A stretch of 63,978 nucleotides of DNA, the filler included, from Craspedostauros australis (taxonomy: Eukaryota): assembly GCA_030167865.1 (NCBI GenBank). It is 8 parts of 8 records of this genome, joined end to end, with 100 filler letters (N's around TTAATTAATTAA, not from the genome) between each part and the next. Parts side by side here need not be neighbours in the genome. Positions count along the whole stretch, not along the records: positions 57,049 to 63,978 come from JALAGF010002887.1; 7 more parts are not named here. One strand, given 5' to 3'. Positions within the stretch are counted from its first letter, which is position 1, and each line of letters opens with the position of its first letter. Made by a program: the position numbers and the translations under genes. Shown piece after piece: positions 62,501 to 63,978 of the stretch. Under the pieces are notes generated by a model. That model saw nothing but the letters and a program-made list of their open reading frames with translations, did not search any database and had not been told where the DNA came from.

Positions 62501-62761
62501 GTGCTCGAAAGCGGGCCAGGTGCTGCCGGTCATGTGTAGACCAAAGTTCAGGGTTGCGTAGCGCAGCGAGCAGGTAGAGGACTTAGGGAGTTGTTTTGTT
62601 GACAGTGCAACGATATCTGCTAAGTTAGGGCTTAGGAGTATGTCGCTCGGGGTGTCCTGGGTGTCGGTGTGTGTATGTTGGTGGTCTGTGGTGATGTCGG
62701 TATCAGTGGTTGTTGAGTGGTGTTGAGGTAGGCACGAGTTGTGGACAGCACAGAGAAGCAA
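59363..62761 (-). CDS. Pol: C5-MTase-like relic + reverse transcriptase + RNase H + Dam-like MT domain
   Basis: RT: PLFALPK, WRIIANM, VDASKYFYQF, LPMGSSQSP, HCDDF, YTGLIFDT. RNase H: FGDGSG, SSNWKEL, FTDN, HIPG..TDGLSRG. MT: WAPPP...ILVPR. Confidence 0.9.
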   Translation of the reverse strand: MLLCAVHNSCLPQHHSTTTDTDITTDHQHTHTDTQDTPSDILLSPNLADIVALSTKQLPKSSTCSLRYATLNFGLHMTGSTWPAFEHVLCTHDDSLAQPLRTYPDSTRFLGSMARVSHRILNKFPVDFLVAHGVQHTEWRNWVLHCQTNLRPRLIIEIWSGPNLGWIQHAASKRECKLWEDLGYGTQLKTLPNQRMGGAVSVTYTVVIRSATTWTASGIDWPDLQPASERSMANCLRHCGVPRRCYITKSNAQSVIDSATSAMPMDRLALIQTARGVRRLFPDELGKALGSSIPGEALKHVKWRVLFHTPSQHLLEYLSTPLMDLARHVHQHSEHSQPATQTTRQQRRRRQQTPLHDDNNDDLQYRWTPPDLSPDGDWHRLRVHNLRKACAHYGNRSTALLKDGLNDLRVHRTNYTDTHPDPKQLRVLWWEFPPQHWDHLREGSPMNFLDTPEFGHHDNTDMTPDQQQVAADFVDELLNLGVVEPQDPLHPVVVNAPLFALPKPIQPNQWRIIANMRENRTNEFIGADPTVFPKSRDILKQMYHGGWSAVVDASKYFYQFRTRPDERRFLGIQHPISGEMYQYAGLPMGSSQSPAIACRFGTAFLRQLRKRSRLYQGTHRPNMWWTTFNQDLAYDHTKGQGLVAIGSDGLPVALVWAHCDDFIIHGPTRRKTSAALSAFLDLSVDCGLLCHPSKLTPPSQVVKYTGLIFDTTATPRLRIPPLKRDKIVAVMDYVSAAPARVSRLALAVLAGMLESVAEATPSYLGRNYLRALYALVHPHEWDQPDLPYFSYTAISPAVTQDLQWWRAALINDTARSGRATRTGVLVSSFGDGSGTGTGGTILFPNQPSCMWMGTWSSLVATRHSSNWKELRTLLSTLQQVANNPTTAADVFGATFFYFTDNMCTYCVVDGGTSTSPELHKLVRKIKQLELRLSCHLQVIHIPGTAIITEGTDGLSRGIWINAAHQRPTSSQILSACLAPTPLQEQHVPQIASLAFPDTPTTILLRRWDRPWNPEDCMNRITLWAPPPELAYQLIYFLLGCWAEQPLDTGFVILVPRVLQRTFVRLSRHLVRVGVFTNDDLHLSSSSPLNIPNLLLRVSPHTRSLTPPRLDFAPRSRNRRHHQRIAERLHGLC

Positions 62762-62781
62762 GAGTCAAGGCAAACACAGGG

Positions 62782-63906
62782 TTAGGCATCATCCTCTTCT
62801 CCGCCTCCGCGCTTCGAAATTGCTTCCTGCAGGATGCGGGTGATAACGTCGGCGGCCTTCTCGCCTTGGTTCACGCATTTGGCGACCTGCTTGGCTTTTG
62901 CCATTGCCACCTTCTTCTTGAAGAGGTACCCGAATGGGCATCCGCTGTCGCGGATCTCATGGACCTTGCTGTTCCCGCCGCAGTGCTTGCACTTCTTCCG
63001 GCCCGTTTCGTTTGGGGCGGTGTCGGTGTCCTCCTTTGGTGCCGAGGGCAATCCAAGGGTGGTGATTGCATGCTGCTGGAACTTCTCCAAGACCTTCAAG
63101 TTGCACCAGCCGCCGCGCGCTCCTTCACGCACGATGACATAGGTGCGGAAGATCATGAGGTTGCGCGAGGCCGCGAAGTTGCGTGCGTCGAAGAGGGCCT
63201 TGGCGTAGTGTTCGTGGTACACGAGGGCTGAGTCCTCCCACCCGTTGGGTGTCTTGAATGCTTCCTCTTGTAGCTTGAGGAGGAGTTCATGGTAGTAGGT
63301 CATGAACAGCTTGAGGACGGCGACCCATCCTCCGCCTTGCTGGTAGAGAGTGATTTGCTCGTCGGAGTAGTAGCCGTGGCGGAGGATGTGACCCACATCG
63401 TTGAGATAACGGGTCATCACGTCGTCGCGGATGCTGTTGAAGTCACCGGCGAGTCCGCTGAGGTCTTCAGAGGTCTTGATCCGACCGAGGGCGTGGCGGG
63501 TCTTGGTGCGCCAATTGGAGTCGGCGGCGATGAGGCCGGCGGAGCGGGCAGTTTGGTTGCGGATGTCTCCGAACGCGGAGGCGAGTTCTTCGATGGATGT
63601 GCGTTCATCGGTGACCTTACCTGGTTGGCTGGCAACGTCGATGGCCGCTTTCGCGAGTTCGGTCTGAATTTCGCTGCTGGCGTGTGGAGGTGCGAGGTGC
63701 TGGAGCATGCGTCTCTCGTTGTCGAGGGTCTCCCCGAAGACTTGCTTCTTGTCACCCTTGGATGGGTCTTCTCCCAGGAATTTCTCGATGCCCATGCTAG
63801 CCGGGCTAGAGGGGACGTGATCTGGTCGAGAGAGGGGCGCCGATGGGGACTCGGCAGGAGGGTTTCTTGGGTGAACGCCCTCCATCGGGTGTGGACGTGT
63901 TGGCAA
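62782..63906 (-). CDS. Gag-like ORF1 (C-terminal part; in-frame TAG near the window edge)
   Basis: Lies upstream of pol; C-terminal CKHCGGNSKVHEIRDSGCPF zinc-knuckle-like motif. Confidence 0.7.
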   Translation of the reverse strand: MPTRPHPMEGVHPRNPPAESPSAPLSRPDHVPSSPASMGIEKFLGEDPSKGDKKQVFGETLDNERRMLQHLAPPHASSEIQTELAKAAIDVASQPGKVTDERTSIEELASAFGDIRNQTARSAGLIAADSNWRTKTRHALGRIKTSEDLSGLAGDFNSIRDDVMTRYLNDVGHILRHGYYSDEQITLYQQGGGWVAVLKLFMTYYHELLLKLQEEAFKTPNGWEDSALVYHEHYAKALFDARNFAASRNLMIFRTYVIVREGARGGWCNLKVLEKFQQHAITTLGLPSAPKEDTDTAPNETGRKKCKHCGGNSKVHEIRDSGCPFGYLFKKKVAMAKAKQVAKCVNQGEKAADVITRILQEAISKRGGGEEDDA

Positions 63907-63978
63907 GTTCCGCTCACGGTAACCTACGATCGTGGAAGATGGTGTTGGTTGATAGTCGTTCGTTTGCTATTTCATTAG

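Larger units (their letters stand above)
57049..63978 (-). mobile_element. Tyrosine-recombinase retrotransposon (DIRS order, PAT-like): gag, pol (RT/RH/MT), YR, B1, A2
   Basis: Three co-oriented ORFs followed by split-repeat blocks shared with 25718-26449. Confidence 0.92.

Noticed and set aside
57049..63978. Classification as Ngaro or canonical DIRS1
   Set aside because: Split direct repeats argue against DIRS1 inverted termini, and an MT-like domain argues against Ngaro. PAT-like is preferred pending phylogeny.

Overview
Eukaryotic nuclear DNA, almost certainly from a diatom: it has a silicon transporter, DUF6824 proteins, CoDi-type copia elements, GT-AG introns and an AF-type plastid targeting signal. 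The window is 8 contigs joined by artificial 100-nt N/TTAATTAATTAA/N linkers, so adjacency across linkers is not biological. Host genes: BCS1-like AAA ATPase (5' part), a kinase with a catalytic D-to-N change, an ABCG half transporter, a large disordered protein, ATIC/PurH, a plastid-type RNase Z, a mitochondrial carrier, SIT (partial), a secreted protein (partial), two DUF6824 proteins and Tag glycosylase. Mobile DNA: Sola3-like transposons, two CoDi fragments and a PAT-like tyrosine-recombinase retrotransposon with split direct repeats. Main observations: (1) the pol ORF of that retroelement appears to carry a degenerate C5-cytosine-methyltransferase domain at its N-terminus and a Dam-like domain at its C-terminus, around an HCDD-type RT; (2) two copies of an unannotated box C/D snoRNA with compensating terminal stems, predicted to guide the 18S Gm562-equivalent site, lie in and just after the RNase Z gene; (3) twin 20-bp double-palindrome arrays are enclosed by a 28-bp inverted repeat. 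Family assignments come from recognising motifs by eye; no database search was run.
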